DNA of 64,000 nucleotides, from assembly GCA_965225625.1 (NCBI GenBank), contig CBDDBH010000020.1, positions 70,341 through 134,340 of the forward strand. Reading direction: 5' to 3'. A model generated the notes under the pieces. The model did not search any database, was not told the DNA's origin, and worked only from the letters and a program-made list of their open reading frames with translations. Below, in pieces: positions 10,866 through 24,281 of this stretch; within the stretch, counting starts at the first letter, position 1; each line of letters begins with the position of its first letter. Position numbers and translations under genes: made by a program. The stretch is from Gammaproteobacteria bacterium. GTDB taxonomy: Bacteria; Pseudomonadota; Gammaproteobacteria; JADZEE01.

Positions 10866-10896
10866 AATTTATTTATGGGGGGGACGCGCCCCAAAG

Positions 10897-11832
10897 TCAT
10901 GTAGGTTGTTCCACCGGCGGGCTGCTGCTGCGGGATTCCAGAATAATGATGCCGAAAATGATCAGGCCGGCGCCGCCTAATTGCGGGAGCGTCATGGTCT
11001 CGCCCAGTATCCACCAAGCTATGAGGATTGTTGACGGTGGTCCGACCGTACCCAGGATTGCTCCTCTTTGCGCACCGATACGCTTCACCCCTTCCGTGAT
11101 CATCAACATGGGCGTCACAGTGACGAATGCGACCATGAACAGAAGTAGCACCCATCCGTCTCGACCCAGACTAAACGCCTGCCAATCGACGGATATGCTG
11201 ATGTGGAGGAACAGGCCAAACGCTGCCGCTGTCATAGCGTAAAGGGTAAACGCGATGCTGCCCACCCGGCGCCCCACGCGCTCACTGAACATCATGAACA
11301 TACCGGTCGTGCAGGCGGAAATGAAGATCACGCTGGCTCCGCGCGCGTTGGCCGACATCAATTCAAGATCGAGCCCGCCCACTGCCAATACAACGCCGAT
11401 ATAGGTCACGACAGTCGCGGCTATTACGCGTCGCTGGGGCCAACGTCTTGTCAAACAAGCGTCGACTATCACGACCATTGTCGGAAAGGTGTACAAAATC
11501 ACACGCTCCAGACTCGCATCGATCAGCGTGAGGCCATAGAAATTAATCATTGCCCCCGCGTAATACCCGATCACACCCGCAAACATTGCCCAAGCAATCG
11601 CAGCCCGATCCACCGATAGCAAAGGCCGCCAACCCATTCGATAAATACCCCACAGCCAAAACAGCGGTAATGCCACGATGGCACGTATTCCGGTAAGCGC
11701 ATCGAAAGTCAGTCCGTGGGCGTACAACAATTTCGCCATAATCCCTTTCGCAGACAGCAACAGCGAACCGACAATAATGAGGCCGGTCCCGACGAGCGCA
11801 ATTTTGCCGGTGCTGTTTTGATTGGACGACAT
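10897..11832 (-). CDS. DMT-superfamily (EamA-like) transporter.
   Basis: About 10 TM helices with two EamA-like halves. Confidence 0.65.
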   Translation of the reverse strand: MSSNQNSTGKIALVGTGLIIVGSLLLSAKGIMAKLLYAHGLTFDALTGIRAIVALPLFWLWGIYRMGWRPLLSVDRAAIAWAMFAGVIGYYAGAMINFYGLTLIDASLERVILYTFPTMVVIVDACLTRRWPQRRVIAATVVTYIGVVLAVGGLDLELMSANARGASVIFISACTTGMFMMFSERVGRRVGSIAFTLYAMTAAAFGLFLHISISVDWQAFSLGRDGWVLLLFMVAFVTVTPMLMITEGVKRIGAQRGAILGTVGPPSTILIAWWILGETMTLPQLGGAGLIIFGIIILESRSSSPPVEQPT

Positions 11833-11878
11833 CGGGGGATTGGATAACTAATTAATTTGTTGTGAGCGAGGCAGCGGC

Positions 11879-12793
11879 TTACGCTGCCTGCTTAGGGAAC
11901 AAACCGGCCTTGGTGACCATCCCAGGAACACTTGCTTCCAGCGGGCCTTCCAGCCAACGGGCTGTTTCCATTACCTGCTCGATTGAGATACCGGTGTGCA
12001 ATCCCATGCGATTGAGCATGTACAAAACATCTTCGGTCGCAACGTTACCTGTCGCGCCCGGCGCAAAGGGGCAACCGCCCACACCGCCGCAACTTGCATC
12101 GATGATGCGCACGCCAGCCTGCACAGCCGCGTAAACATTAGCGACGCCGGTGTTGCGGGTATTGTGAAAGTGACATCGTAACGGCGTATCTCCACTCACG
12201 CTCGACACCGCCTCGATCAAACGCGTTACCTCGGAGGGAACGCCGACACCGATGGTATCCGCCAACGCCAACTCATCAATGCCCATGGCGATGACGCGTT
12301 CAGCAACGCTAACGACTTTCTCAACCGGCACCTCGCCCTCGAAAGGGCAACCGAACGCTGCTGCGACGGTTACGCTGAAGCGTCTGCCGGCCTCACGAGC
12401 CTGCGCCGAAATGCGTTCAACCGTCTGCAACATCTGTTCGGTAGTTGCACCCTGATTGCGTTGGTTGAATGTATCCGTCACACACAGCGCACAGCCTATC
12501 TCATCAATGTCGGTGGCCATGGCGCGTTCAAAACCGCGCTCGTTGAGCACCAATCCGATGTACGTCACGTCGTCGCGCTTTGGCAGGGCAGCGACCACCG
12601 CTTCGCAATCAGCCATTTGCGGTACCCGCTTTGGATTCACGAAACTCGCGACCTCTAGTCGCGGGACACCTGCATCAACCAGGCGGGTGATAAATTCGAT
12701 TTTGCTTTCGGTATCGAGGAGCTTGGGCTGACTTTGCAAACCGTCGCGTGGTCCGACATCGACGATCTCAATTTCTCTCGCTGGCGTGCTCAT
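11879..12793 (-). CDS. Hydroxymethylglutaryl-CoA lyase family protein.
   Basis: DRE-TIM fold motifs: VGPRDGLQ and HFHNTRNTGVANVYAAVQAG. Start taken at the ATG of MSTPAREIEI; the TTG 54 nt upstream is an alternative. Confidence 0.7.
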   Translation of the reverse strand: MSTPAREIEIVDVGPRDGLQSQPKLLDTESKIEFITRLVDAGVPRLEVASFVNPKRVPQMADCEAVVAALPKRDDVTYIGLVLNERGFERAMATDIDEIGCALCVTDTFNQRNQGATTEQMLQTVERISAQAREAGRRFSVTVAAAFGCPFEGEVPVEKVVSVAERVIAMGIDELALADTIGVGVPSEVTRLIEAVSSVSGDTPLRCHFHNTRNTGVANVYAAVQAGVRIIDASCGGVGGCPFAPGATGNVATEDVLYMLNRMGLHTGISIEQVMETARWLEGPLEASVPGMVTKAGLFPKQAA

Positions 12794-12880
12794 GGATCTG
12801 CTCGTGTCATATCGATCCGGTGGATTGTATACCAGGGACTTTGACAATACAGTTGCGCCTCAACCGAGGTGACCCAACAT

Positions 12881-14092
12881 ATGAGCTACCAACCCGAATC
12901 TGACGGCCCGCTTTCTAATATTCGCGTTATAGAAATGGGACAACTGTTGGCCGGACCGTTCTGCGGCCAGCTATTGGCCGACTTCGGCGCCGAGGTGATC
13001 AAGATCGAACATCCCAACGGCGGCGATCCGATGCGCGTCTGGGGCCAGGAAAAACCACACGGAAAATCGCTATGGTGGCCGATCGTCTCGCGTAACAAGA
13101 AATCGATCACGCTGAACGCGAGCAAGCCTGAAGGACAAGCATTGGTTAAACGGCTGGTCAGCGAATCAGACATGCTGCTGGAGAACTTTCGCCCTGGCAC
13201 GCTGGAGAAGTGGGGACTGGGTTATGAGGAACTTGCGAAATTGAATCCGGGACTCATCATGATCCGGGTGACCGGATTCGGCCAGAGCGGACCGTATTCA
13301 CCACGACCGGGCTACGCGTCAATTTGCGAGGCAATGGCGGGGTTGCGTCACGTCACCGGTTATGCGGACCGGCCATCGTGTCGTACCGGCATCAGCCTGG
13401 GAGACAGCCTCGCGGGAACCTTCGGCGCGCTCGGTGCCTTGATGGCGCTGCACGTGCGTCAATCCACCGGCCGCGGCCAGGTAGTAGACGCGGCAATTTA
13501 TGAGTCGATGTTCGCGTTCATGGAATCGCTGATCAGCGAGTACGCCGAAACCGGCTATGTGCGCGAGCGCAGCGGACCAGTCCTGCCGAATGTTGCTCCT
13601 TCCAACGCCTATCCCACGCGCGACGGCGCTGAGCACATGATCGCGGCAAACCAGGATACCGTTTTCAGCCGATTAGCCCAGGCCGTCGGCCAACCGGAAC
13701 TTGCCCAAGACGCGCGCTATGCAACCCACCAAAGCCGCGGCCAAAATCAGCATGAACTCGATCAAATCATCAGTGCATGGACCGTAACGCTAACGGCCGA
13801 CGAGTTGCATACGGTGTTGAATGACAACGCGGTTCCAAATGGCAAGATTTACACGGCGGCGGATATCATGAACGACCCACATTACGCCGCGCGCGAAGCC
13901 ATCATCAGCATGCCGCATCCCGCATTCAAAAACCTGAAAATGCAGAACACTTTCCCGCGTTTATCAGCCACGCCCGGCAAGGTGAAATGGGTAGGTCCCG
14001 AAGCGGGCGCACACAATGGAGAGATCTACGGCGATTTGCTCGGCGTGAATGCCGAAACAATGGACGAGTTGCAGCAGCAAGGCGTGGTTTAA
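12881..14092 (+). CDS. CoA transferase family III (CaiB/BaiF).
   Basis: IRVIEMGQLLAGPFCGQLLADFGAEVIKIE is the hallmark N-terminus. GAGGTGA RBS. Confidence 0.75.
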   Translation: MSYQPESDGPLSNIRVIEMGQLLAGPFCGQLLADFGAEVIKIEHPNGGDPMRVWGQEKPHGKSLWWPIVSRNKKSITLNASKPEGQALVKRLVSESDMLLENFRPGTLEKWGLGYEELAKLNPGLIMIRVTGFGQSGPYSPRPGYASICEAMAGLRHVTGYADRPSCRTGISLGDSLAGTFGALGALMALHVRQSTGRGQVVDAAIYESMFAFMESLISEYAETGYVRERSGPVLPNVAPSNAYPTRDGAEHMIAANQDTVFSRLAQAVGQPELAQDARYATHQSRGQNQHELDQIISAWTVTLTADELHTVLNDNAVPNGKIYTAADIMNDPHYAAREAIISMPHPAFKNLKMQNTFPRLSATPGKVKWVGPEAGAHNGEIYGDLLGVNAETMDELQQQGVV

Positions 14093-14331
14093 CGGAAGAA
14101 GAGACTTGGCCCTTTTTTTAGTGGACATGCGACGCGATGCGATTCAAAGCAGGGCACCGAGGCATGCGTGGATTGCGTAACACGTCCCCTCTGTACGGGG
14201 GCTTCGCCCGTCGCGCTCCGCGCGTCGTTCTCGCAATGACGTAGAATCGTATTCGGCGACGTTGCCGATCTAGACGCGCGCTCACGGCTAGCGAGAGCGC
14301 GGCATTGATCGTGCTTGAGAGAAACCCCGCT

Positions 14332-15252
14332 TTATGTCGCTGCTACGCGTGGCCAGCGCTTGACCGGTGGTCCCGGGTTGTGGCCCCACAAGCGCGGAGC
14401 GTCGTACATCTTCGGTTCCCAATCGTTATCATCGACAACGACTCCACCGTAACCGTATTCCATCATCCAGCCCGACGGTGTAACCATGTAGAAAGACGTT
14501 GTCTGATCGTTTGTGTGGCGACCCATAGTCAATGCAACCGGGAACCCGCGTTCCTGGACGATGTCGTAAGCGCGCCCGACATCGTCCAGCGAGTTGGCTT
14601 CCAGCATCAAATGATTGAACTGCCCGGGCTCGGCACCGAAGCATGGATTCATGATGGCGAGCGTGTGGTGGCGAGGATTACAGTGTAGGAACGTCCCCTC
14701 GGCCGTTATGCCCGTGTTGTCCGGCCAATATATGTAGTCGCTGAGGGTGAAGCCAAGAACCCGCTGATAAAAGTCGATCGATACTAATTTATCCTTGCAG
14801 TGAATGACGATGTGGCCAAGACCCATGGCGCCGGTATTAAATCCAGACATGCCGCGTGCGGGACGAAACGGCGTGTTATCCCGAACCCCGGTGAAATACA
14901 CCTCAGATTTAAAACCGTCCGGATCATCAAAGCAAATTAGGTCCATGACCGCCCGCTCTTTGGTCTGCACTTTAGTGCCGTGCTTAACCTTGATACCGTA
15001 TTCTTTCAGACGATCCGTGATCTCTTCCAGATCCTCGCGGCTATCCACCTCCCAGCCAATGAAGCGCACTCCCTCTTTCTTGGCCTGGTAAAGCGACAAT
15101 CGATGGTGGCGATCATCGAGCCGGTATTGCAGCGCGTTACGAGGACTGTCGGCGCGCAACTCCAAACCGTATACAGATTGCAAGAAGTCGTCCCAAGCTT
15201 TTAGATTTTTGACGTCCCAACCGATAGTACCCAGTCCGCTTACACCTGCCAT
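14332..15252 (-). CDS. Class I extradiol ring-cleavage dioxygenase (BphC/HsaC-like).
   Basis: Two VOC domains, about 300 aa, with a typical catechol 2,3-dioxygenase-like N-terminus. Confidence 0.7.
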   Translation of the reverse strand: MAGVSGLGTIGWDVKNLKAWDDFLQSVYGLELRADSPRNALQYRLDDRHHRLSLYQAKKEGVRFIGWEVDSREDLEEITDRLKEYGIKVKHGTKVQTKERAVMDLICFDDPDGFKSEVYFTGVRDNTPFRPARGMSGFNTGAMGLGHIVIHCKDKLVSIDFYQRVLGFTLSDYIYWPDNTGITAEGTFLHCNPRHHTLAIMNPCFGAEPGQFNHLMLEANSLDDVGRAYDIVQERGFPVALTMGRHTNDQTTSFYMVTPSGWMMEYGYGGVVVDDNDWEPKMYDAPRLWGHNPGPPVKRWPRVAAT

Positions 15253-15286
15253 CGTCTTTCTCCTCGATTCGAGTTCCTTTCATCCA

Positions 15287-16144
15287 CTACGACTGAATGA
15301 ACTTCATCACAACCTCATCGTGCTCTTCCGGTCGCTCCCATTGCGGCCAATGGGCTGCGCCCTTGATTACGTATAGCTCCGATCCCTTAATCAGGTTTTG
15401 GATGCGCTTCGCCTCGTCGACGCCGGCGATGGGATTTTTTTCCGTCCACAGCAACAGCGTCGGCGCGGTTATCTTGGCCAATTCCTCATCGGTAAACAAA
15501 TAATTGTCGCACTCAGGAGAAAACAGCTTTTCGTAATATTCCTGCAACGCCGCGCGGGTCTGCTCCCGCGACCAAAGATTGCGTCGCAACTCGACCAACT
15601 CCTCGGTCACGCCACCCAGCGGCATCAACCACTCCAGCCGCGCGCGGATTAATTCCTCCGACGGATTGTTCAAAGCATTGAGCGAAGTTTCACGTAGCCC
15701 GGCTAAATCGGCGACGCTGCCTTCATCAGCCGGTTGTTTCTGGCCCCAGGCGGTGTTGAGGATGAGCTTCTCGACGCGCTCGGGATGATTGATGCCGACG
15801 TCCATCGCGATCCAACCGCCGAGTGATTCACCTTCGAAGATCGCCTTCTCCGCACCGATTTCATCCAACAGTTCCAGTATCTGCTCGGTAAACTGTTTCA
15901 GCCAATTGCCTTCACGATAAGGCGGCGCAGACGACAAGCCATGCCAGCTGAAGTCCGGCGCCATCGGCCGGCCGACGGTGGCGAGGCGGTTCATGTTGCG
16001 GGAGTAGGTCTCCGCATGACCGCCACCACCGTGCATCAGGATCAGGGGAATGCCCTCTCCCGCCTCGATCACCCGCGTGCGGAAATTCTTCGTTTGGTAG
16101 TAGCGGGTCTCGGTACCGAGAAGGTCAATGTGAATGCTGGACAT
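15287..16144 (-). CDS. Alpha/beta hydrolase, meta-cleavage-product (C-C bond) hydrolase (BphD/HsaD/MhpC-like).
   Basis: GESLGG nucleophile elbow. Adjacent to the extradiol dioxygenase. Confidence 0.7.
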   Translation of the reverse strand: MSSIHIDLLGTETRYYQTKNFRTRVIEAGEGIPLILMHGGGGHAETYSRNMNRLATVGRPMAPDFSWHGLSSAPPYREGNWLKQFTEQILELLDEIGAEKAIFEGESLGGWIAMDVGINHPERVEKLILNTAWGQKQPADEGSVADLAGLRETSLNALNNPSEELIRARLEWLMPLGGVTEELVELRRNLWSREQTRAALQEYYEKLFSPECDNYLFTDEELAKITAPTLLLWTEKNPIAGVDEAKRIQNLIKGSELYVIKGAAHWPQWERPEEHDEVVMKFIQS

Positions 16145-16287
16145 AGGGCAAATCCTCAGTTGTTATTCTTATCCGGACGTAGTTTGTAGCATCATCGCGA
16201 ATTCACTGTCAAAACTAGCCGCACGCTAGCAACCCTCAGAGGCGGCGCTGGGGGGAACATCCCCAGACGTGGCGTGGCCTGCCAGGT

Positions 16288-17625
16288 CTACAGCCCGACC
16301 TCGTCGCGTGTGCGGGTACAACAGTCAATAATCGAATAAATAATCGATTGGCACGGTCCAATCAGATCCGGAATCTTGATGACGCCCATGCCGCCGAGGC
16401 CTTCGGTGAACTCTTCCGGAAAATCAACGTCGTCACCGACCCATGGATAGCCGGTACGCACCAGCGGTATTCCGAGCTGACAGATGGTGGCGGCATCCGT
16501 CTGTCCGGCCATTTTGGGAGCGTCAGAATAGGGCTTGCCGTGGCGCTCTTCCCAACCACGAATTGCCGATTGCACAATCCAGTGGTCGGGACTGGTACGC
16601 GAGGCGCGGCAAGACACATACATTTCCCATTCCGCTTCGACGTCGTCATGGCGGGCAACGATCTCTTTCATCACCGCACTAAACTCAGCTTCGATATCGG
16701 CGTTGGTTTGATCAGGCGTCGTGCGTACGTCGAGATAGATCTCCGTTGCCGCAGAGGGAAACGCAGGTTTTTCCGGCCATCCCGAGCGAACTGCGGAGAT
16801 CCAACCCTCCCCTCGGATTTGAGCAGATTCGTGGGTGTTCGGATATTCGCTCAGCCACTGTTCCAGATCCAAAATCACTTTGGCCGCCGGCACGATTGAG
16901 CTTCTAAACCCGGGTACGCCGCGTGGGATCCCGGCGTAGCCCATCGTGCCCCAGGTGGTTACTTTGAACCAGGCCATACCGGGATGCTCGTAATACACCT
17001 CGTCCCATGGTTTGAAAATGATACCCATATCCGGCGCCACACCGTGAGAGAGCATATGCATGACGCCGCTGCTGATCCCGTAATTGTCTCGTTCGGGCAC
17101 AAACCACGGCATCCCGCCGCCGCAGCCGGCCACGATGAGATCGCCTTTCAACTCCAGGCCGGCGTCAACCACGCACGTCGCCGCTTCGGTCAGCGTGCAT
17201 AACATCGATTTCGGGTTGGACGCACCGAGTCCGAACACCGTATCACCCTCGCTGTAGGATTCCGGCAACATATCGGCCCGCAGTTCGGGGCCAACCCAGG
17301 GAATATCGACATCAGGATCGGCTTCAATGTGTGTATCGATAGGCGCGTAAAGCATTAACGTGGGGCCTTCGCCGCTACCCTTTACGTAGCCGACACAGTT
17401 GCCGGACATCTCGTTCACGGGCTGATAAAAGGCATCGATACCAACACCGTTCATATAGTGGACCATATGCTCACTGGCTTCCCTCTCGGCACCGGTGGGG
17501 CTGTGGATCCCGGTCAAATCGAGAACCGACTGCTGCAGCCGTTGCGGATTAATCTTTGCGCACGCGGCCTCGTAGCACTGGCGTTGCTCGGCAGACAGTT
17601 CATGTGTATCAGTTTTTTTATCCAT
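16288..17625 (-). CDS. M20-family metallopeptidase / deacylase (ArgE/DapE-like).
   Basis: M20 dimerisation and catalytic motifs. Start taken at MDKKTDTHEL, which has a GAGG RBS. Overlaps or abuts the amidase gene. Confidence 0.6.
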   Translation of the reverse strand: MDKKTDTHELSAEQRQCYEAACAKINPQRLQQSVLDLTGIHSPTGAEREASEHMVHYMNGVGIDAFYQPVNEMSGNCVGYVKGSGEGPTLMLYAPIDTHIEADPDVDIPWVGPELRADMLPESYSEGDTVFGLGASNPKSMLCTLTEAATCVVDAGLELKGDLIVAGCGGGMPWFVPERDNYGISSGVMHMLSHGVAPDMGIIFKPWDEVYYEHPGMAWFKVTTWGTMGYAGIPRGVPGFRSSIVPAAKVILDLEQWLSEYPNTHESAQIRGEGWISAVRSGWPEKPAFPSAATEIYLDVRTTPDQTNADIEAEFSAVMKEIVARHDDVEAEWEMYVSCRASRTSPDHWIVQSAIRGWEERHGKPYSDAPKMAGQTDAATICQLGIPLVRTGYPWVGDDVDFPEEFTEGLGGMGVIKIPDLIGPCQSIIYSIIDCCTRTRDEVGL

Positions 17626-17656
17626 TGTTCGACCTCGCGACCGTGTTGTCACCACT

Positions 17657-18955
17657 TCAAGGCGGTGTGATTTCGTATTGTGCAGTGCGCACTACCCATC
17701 GTGCCGTGTCCAACAGTTGCTCGTCACCGCCGAAACTGCCGACCAATTGTGCGGCCAGGGGTAACCCTTCGGGACCCACACCGATGGGCATGCATACACA
17801 TGGCAATCCGAGGAAGGTCCAAATCCGGTTAAAGATGGGATCGCCGGTAGACTCCAGCCCTCGCGGTGCTTCACCGATTGCGGCAGGCGTCAGAATGGCA
17901 TCGTATTGCTGGTAGAGTTCATCGAAACGACTGCGCCATTGCGCGTGCAGGCGCGGAACATCCGTCAGCTCGCGATCCGCGAGTGCGCGACCCTGTGCGA
18001 ACAATTCTCGTGTCTGTTCGGACAGGCGATCGCCGAATTTCTCGACATGGGGCCTTAGTGCGGCTGAGGCCTCGACCAGCATCATTGCATTTTGCACGTC
18101 AACGAGGTCCGCAAATTCCGGCGCAAGTTCGACATCCGTTAGCACAGCGCCCGCGGCACGCAGCGCAACAGCCCAGGATTCCAACGCAGTGCGCGTCGCG
18201 CTATCAGCGCGCGACCATAATGGCGTACGCGCAAAAGCGATGCGGGGTGGACCGGCTGCCTCGCTGCCAGGTCGCGTGTCGTGACCGCCAAGCACCTGAT
18301 GCAGCAACTGCAGATCCGTAACGTTTCGCGCGAAACCGCCGAGCGTGTCCAGCGACGGCGCGAGCTGACAGATCCCCTCGAAAGGATAGTCACCGAAGCT
18401 TGGTTTGTAGCCGAGTACGCCGTTGAAAGCGGCCGGACGAATAATCGAACCGGCGGTTTGCGTACCCAAGGCCAAGGGCACATGGAAATCGGCCACAGCG
18501 GCGGCAGAGCCGCTAGAGGAACCGCCCGGCGTGTGCTCCGGGTTGTGCGCATTGCTGGTTTTGCCGGGCGCGTAGTTTGCGAACTCCGTACTTACCGTTT
18601 TTCCCATCATTACGGCACCCGCGGCAAGTAGCCTGCGTACACATTGCGCATCTGCTGCAGGTCGATGGTCCAAATAAACCTGCGTACCGTAGCTCGTGGG
18701 CATGTCGCGTGTATCAATGATGTCCTTTAGACCGATCGGGACGCCGTGCAGGGGGCCTTTCGCACTGCTCGCGTCACACGCTTTTGCGGCGGCCAGCGCC
18801 TTCTGCGGATCCAAATAGGTCCACGCATTGACCGCCGACTCGCGCGCCTGTATGCGATGCAAACACGCACCTACGAGTTCCTCGGAAGTGAAATCCCCCT
18901 GGGCGATGCCGGCGGCAGCCTCTACGGCGCCGAGTTGTTCCAGTTCAGTGCGCAT
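17657..18955 (-). CDS. Amidase (amidase-signature family).
   Basis: GGSSSGSAAAVA amidase-signature motif and the GVPIGLKD motif. Confidence 0.75.
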   Translation of the reverse strand: MRTELEQLGAVEAAAGIAQGDFTSEELVGACLHRIQARESAVNAWTYLDPQKALAAAKACDASSAKGPLHGVPIGLKDIIDTRDMPTSYGTQVYLDHRPAADAQCVRRLLAAGAVMMGKTVSTEFANYAPGKTSNAHNPEHTPGGSSSGSAAAVADFHVPLALGTQTAGSIIRPAAFNGVLGYKPSFGDYPFEGICQLAPSLDTLGGFARNVTDLQLLHQVLGGHDTRPGSEAAGPPRIAFARTPLWSRADSATRTALESWAVALRAAGAVLTDVELAPEFADLVDVQNAMMLVEASAALRPHVEKFGDRLSEQTRELFAQGRALADRELTDVPRLHAQWRSRFDELYQQYDAILTPAAIGEAPRGLESTGDPIFNRIWTFLGLPCVCMPIGVGPEGLPLAAQLVGSFGGDEQLLDTARWVVRTAQYEITPP

Positions 18956-19008
18956 TAGCTCATTGACCGTAGACCCTAATTATTCAATTCAGGTCCGGCG
19001 ATGCATTG

Positions 19009-19755
19009 TTAACCGCCACCGTCCATCACAAAGCCGGCGCCTGCTACATACGACGCCTCGTCGGATGCGAGCCACAAAACTGCCTTCGCGACTTCATCGG
19101 GTTGCGCGATCCGTCCTATCGCCAGCGGTTCACCGAAACTGTGTTTTAGTTCCTCGTTACCACCCGCCATGCGAGTCAGTAGCGCGGTATCGACCGGACC
19201 CGGGCACACGGCGTTAATGCGAATGCTATCGCGGGCGTACTCCTTGGCTGCGGCCTTGGTCAATCCCATTACGCCATGCGCGGCGGCGCAATATGACGCG
19301 TAAGCCGGGAAACCCACTAAGCCAAAGTTGCCGACCATGTTGATGATGGCGCCGCCCCCACGCGCGAGCATTTGCTTGAGTTCCAGTTTCATACACCGCC
19401 AGGTGCCATTGAGCTTGATATCGATCATCCGATGCCAGTCGGCTTCCTCGATTTGCGCGGTGTTCACCGCCGTGCCTTCCCAACCGGCGTTGTTGAAAGC
19501 GCAGTCGAGGCCACCAAGTTCAGCAGCGATCTCGTTCATGAGTGCATCAACACTGGCACCATCGCGAACATCCGCGGCAATAAATCGACACTTGCCATTG
19601 TCCACCGATTCCACCGCCGCTGCGCCCGCCTCGGCGTCGCGTCCGGCTATGACGACGTGAGCCCCCTCGCGGGCAAAATGCTGCGCCGTTACGAGACCGA
19701 TCCCGGTAGTTCCGCCGACGATTAAGACTACTTTATCGGTGAATCTCCGCATCAT
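19009..19755 (-). CDS. SDR-family oxidoreductase.
   Basis: TGGTTGIG Rossmann motif and a YxxxK catalytic motif. Start uncertain (19755 or 19779). Confidence 0.7.
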   Translation of the reverse strand: MMRRFTDKVVLIVGGTTGIGLVTAQHFAREGAHVVIAGRDAEAGAAAVESVDNGKCRFIAADVRDGASVDALMNEIAAELGGLDCAFNNAGWEGTAVNTAQIEEADWHRMIDIKLNGTWRCMKLELKQMLARGGGAIINMVGNFGLVGFPAYASYCAAAHGVMGLTKAAAKEYARDSIRINAVCPGPVDTALLTRMAGGNEELKHSFGEPLAIGRIAQPDEVAKAVLWLASDEASYVAGAGFVMDGGG

Positions 19756-19958
19756 TGCTTTTGCCGTATTTACCTGCACTCCTGCGCGAATTGTAGCAGA
19801 GGCCTTGCCAACATATTGTAGGAGGCGCGTCCCCGCGCCGATAGCAGATCCTCATCGCGACGAGGACGTCGCTCCTACGAGCACGGGCACCCGACACACT
19901 ATCTCTCAGGGTGCACTAGGCTAGACAGCATCGGGACGCTGCGACTATCTTTGGTGTT

Positions 19959-20180
19959 ATGAAGCAAATACTCCTAGCACTGATCCGGGCCTACCAGTAT
20001 TTGCTCAGCCCGTTTTTCGGCCAGCACTGCCGCTTCGAACCATCATGTTCGGCGTACGCGAGTGAGGCTATTGAATTACACGGAGCGTTGCGGGGAAGCT
20101 GGATAGCGCTACGCCGGATTTTGCGTTGCCATCCGTGGCATCCGGGCGGCTATGACCCGGTGCCGGAACACACCGAATAG
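19959..20180 (+). CDS. yidD: Membrane protein insertion efficiency factor YidD.
   Basis: 73 aa with the conserved [27 protein letters not shown]...[29 protein letters not shown] motif. Confidence 0.8.
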   Translation: MKQILLALIRAYQYLLSPFFGQHCRFEPSCSAYASEAIELHGALRGSWIALRRILRCHPWHPGGYDPVPEHTE

Positions 20181-20184
20181 CTGA

Positions 20185-23394
<3,210 letters not shown>

Positions 23395-23426
23395 GCCGAA
23401 CTCGCGCCCGGCAGTGCGAGTGCCCT

Positions 23427-24281
23427 TTAGTTGGTTTTTGCCGGCATCGGACCGACCAGAAAAGCCGGATCGACGCGAACACCGAAGAGGTTCATCCGCC
23501 AATCCAGATGTGGTCCGGTCGCGCGCCCGGTGGCGCCGAGTTTAGCAACAACATCGCCTTGCTTAACGATGGCGCCCTGGTCTATCAGTATCTCGCTCAA
23601 GTGAAGAAACGCTGAGCTCAGACCGTGTCCATGATCGATGATGATGGTGCCACCCGTGTAATACATATCATTGTGAACCAGAGCGATGACGCCATCGGCC
23701 GGCGCCCGCACGGGCGTGCCTTCTGGCGCCGCGATATCAACACCATAGTGCGGCCGGCGCGGCTTACCATTGAGAATGCGTTGGCTGCCATAAACGCCGG
23801 AGATGATGCCCATCGCCGGCCATGCAAACCCGGACGCGAAATACGGTGTCTCAGTATCCAGGCGACGGGTCGCGTTGATGAGAACCTGATCAGCTTTGAT
23901 TCGCGCAAGATCCGCCTGGCTGGGTGTCACCATTTTATCCGGTAGGCCGTCTATTCGCTGAGTCGGGTATTCGCGGCTGCGTAGTTGCAATTGGCGGCTA
24001 TCGATCTCGCCGTTAGGCAACCTCACCTCCAGCACCGCGGTGGATTTCGCTTCCCTGCCGAAACCCAACAAAAACTGTCCATCCGCGCTGACTCGCACTG
24101 CGCGGCCATCAAGTAATACGCGCCCACCCGGATCGGTGTACCCCCGAATGAGTCCGCCCTGGGCAAATTCACCGTCGAGTACAAGATCTGACCCCGCTAC
24201 CTCGGCGCAAATCAGGCAAAGGCACAGCCATACAAATCGAGTCGCGCTGGCGGCGGACCCGGACTTAGTCAGTTTTCTCAT
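23427..24281 (-). CDS. M23-family peptidase (peptidoglycan metalloendopeptidase), secreted.
   Basis: Signal peptide plus the HYGVDIAAPEGTPV and DHGHG LytM motifs. Confidence 0.75.
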   Translation of the reverse strand: MRKLTKSGSAASATRFVWLCLCLICAEVAGSDLVLDGEFAQGGLIRGYTDPGGRVLLDGRAVRVSADGQFLLGFGREAKSTAVLEVRLPNGEIDSRQLQLRSREYPTQRIDGLPDKMVTPSQADLARIKADQVLINATRRLDTETPYFASGFAWPAMGIISGVYGSQRILNGKPRRPHYGVDIAAPEGTPVRAPADGVIALVHNDMYYTGGTIIIDHGHGLSSAFLHLSEILIDQGAIVKQGDVVAKLGATGRATGPHLDWRMNLFGVRVDPAFLVGPMPAKTN

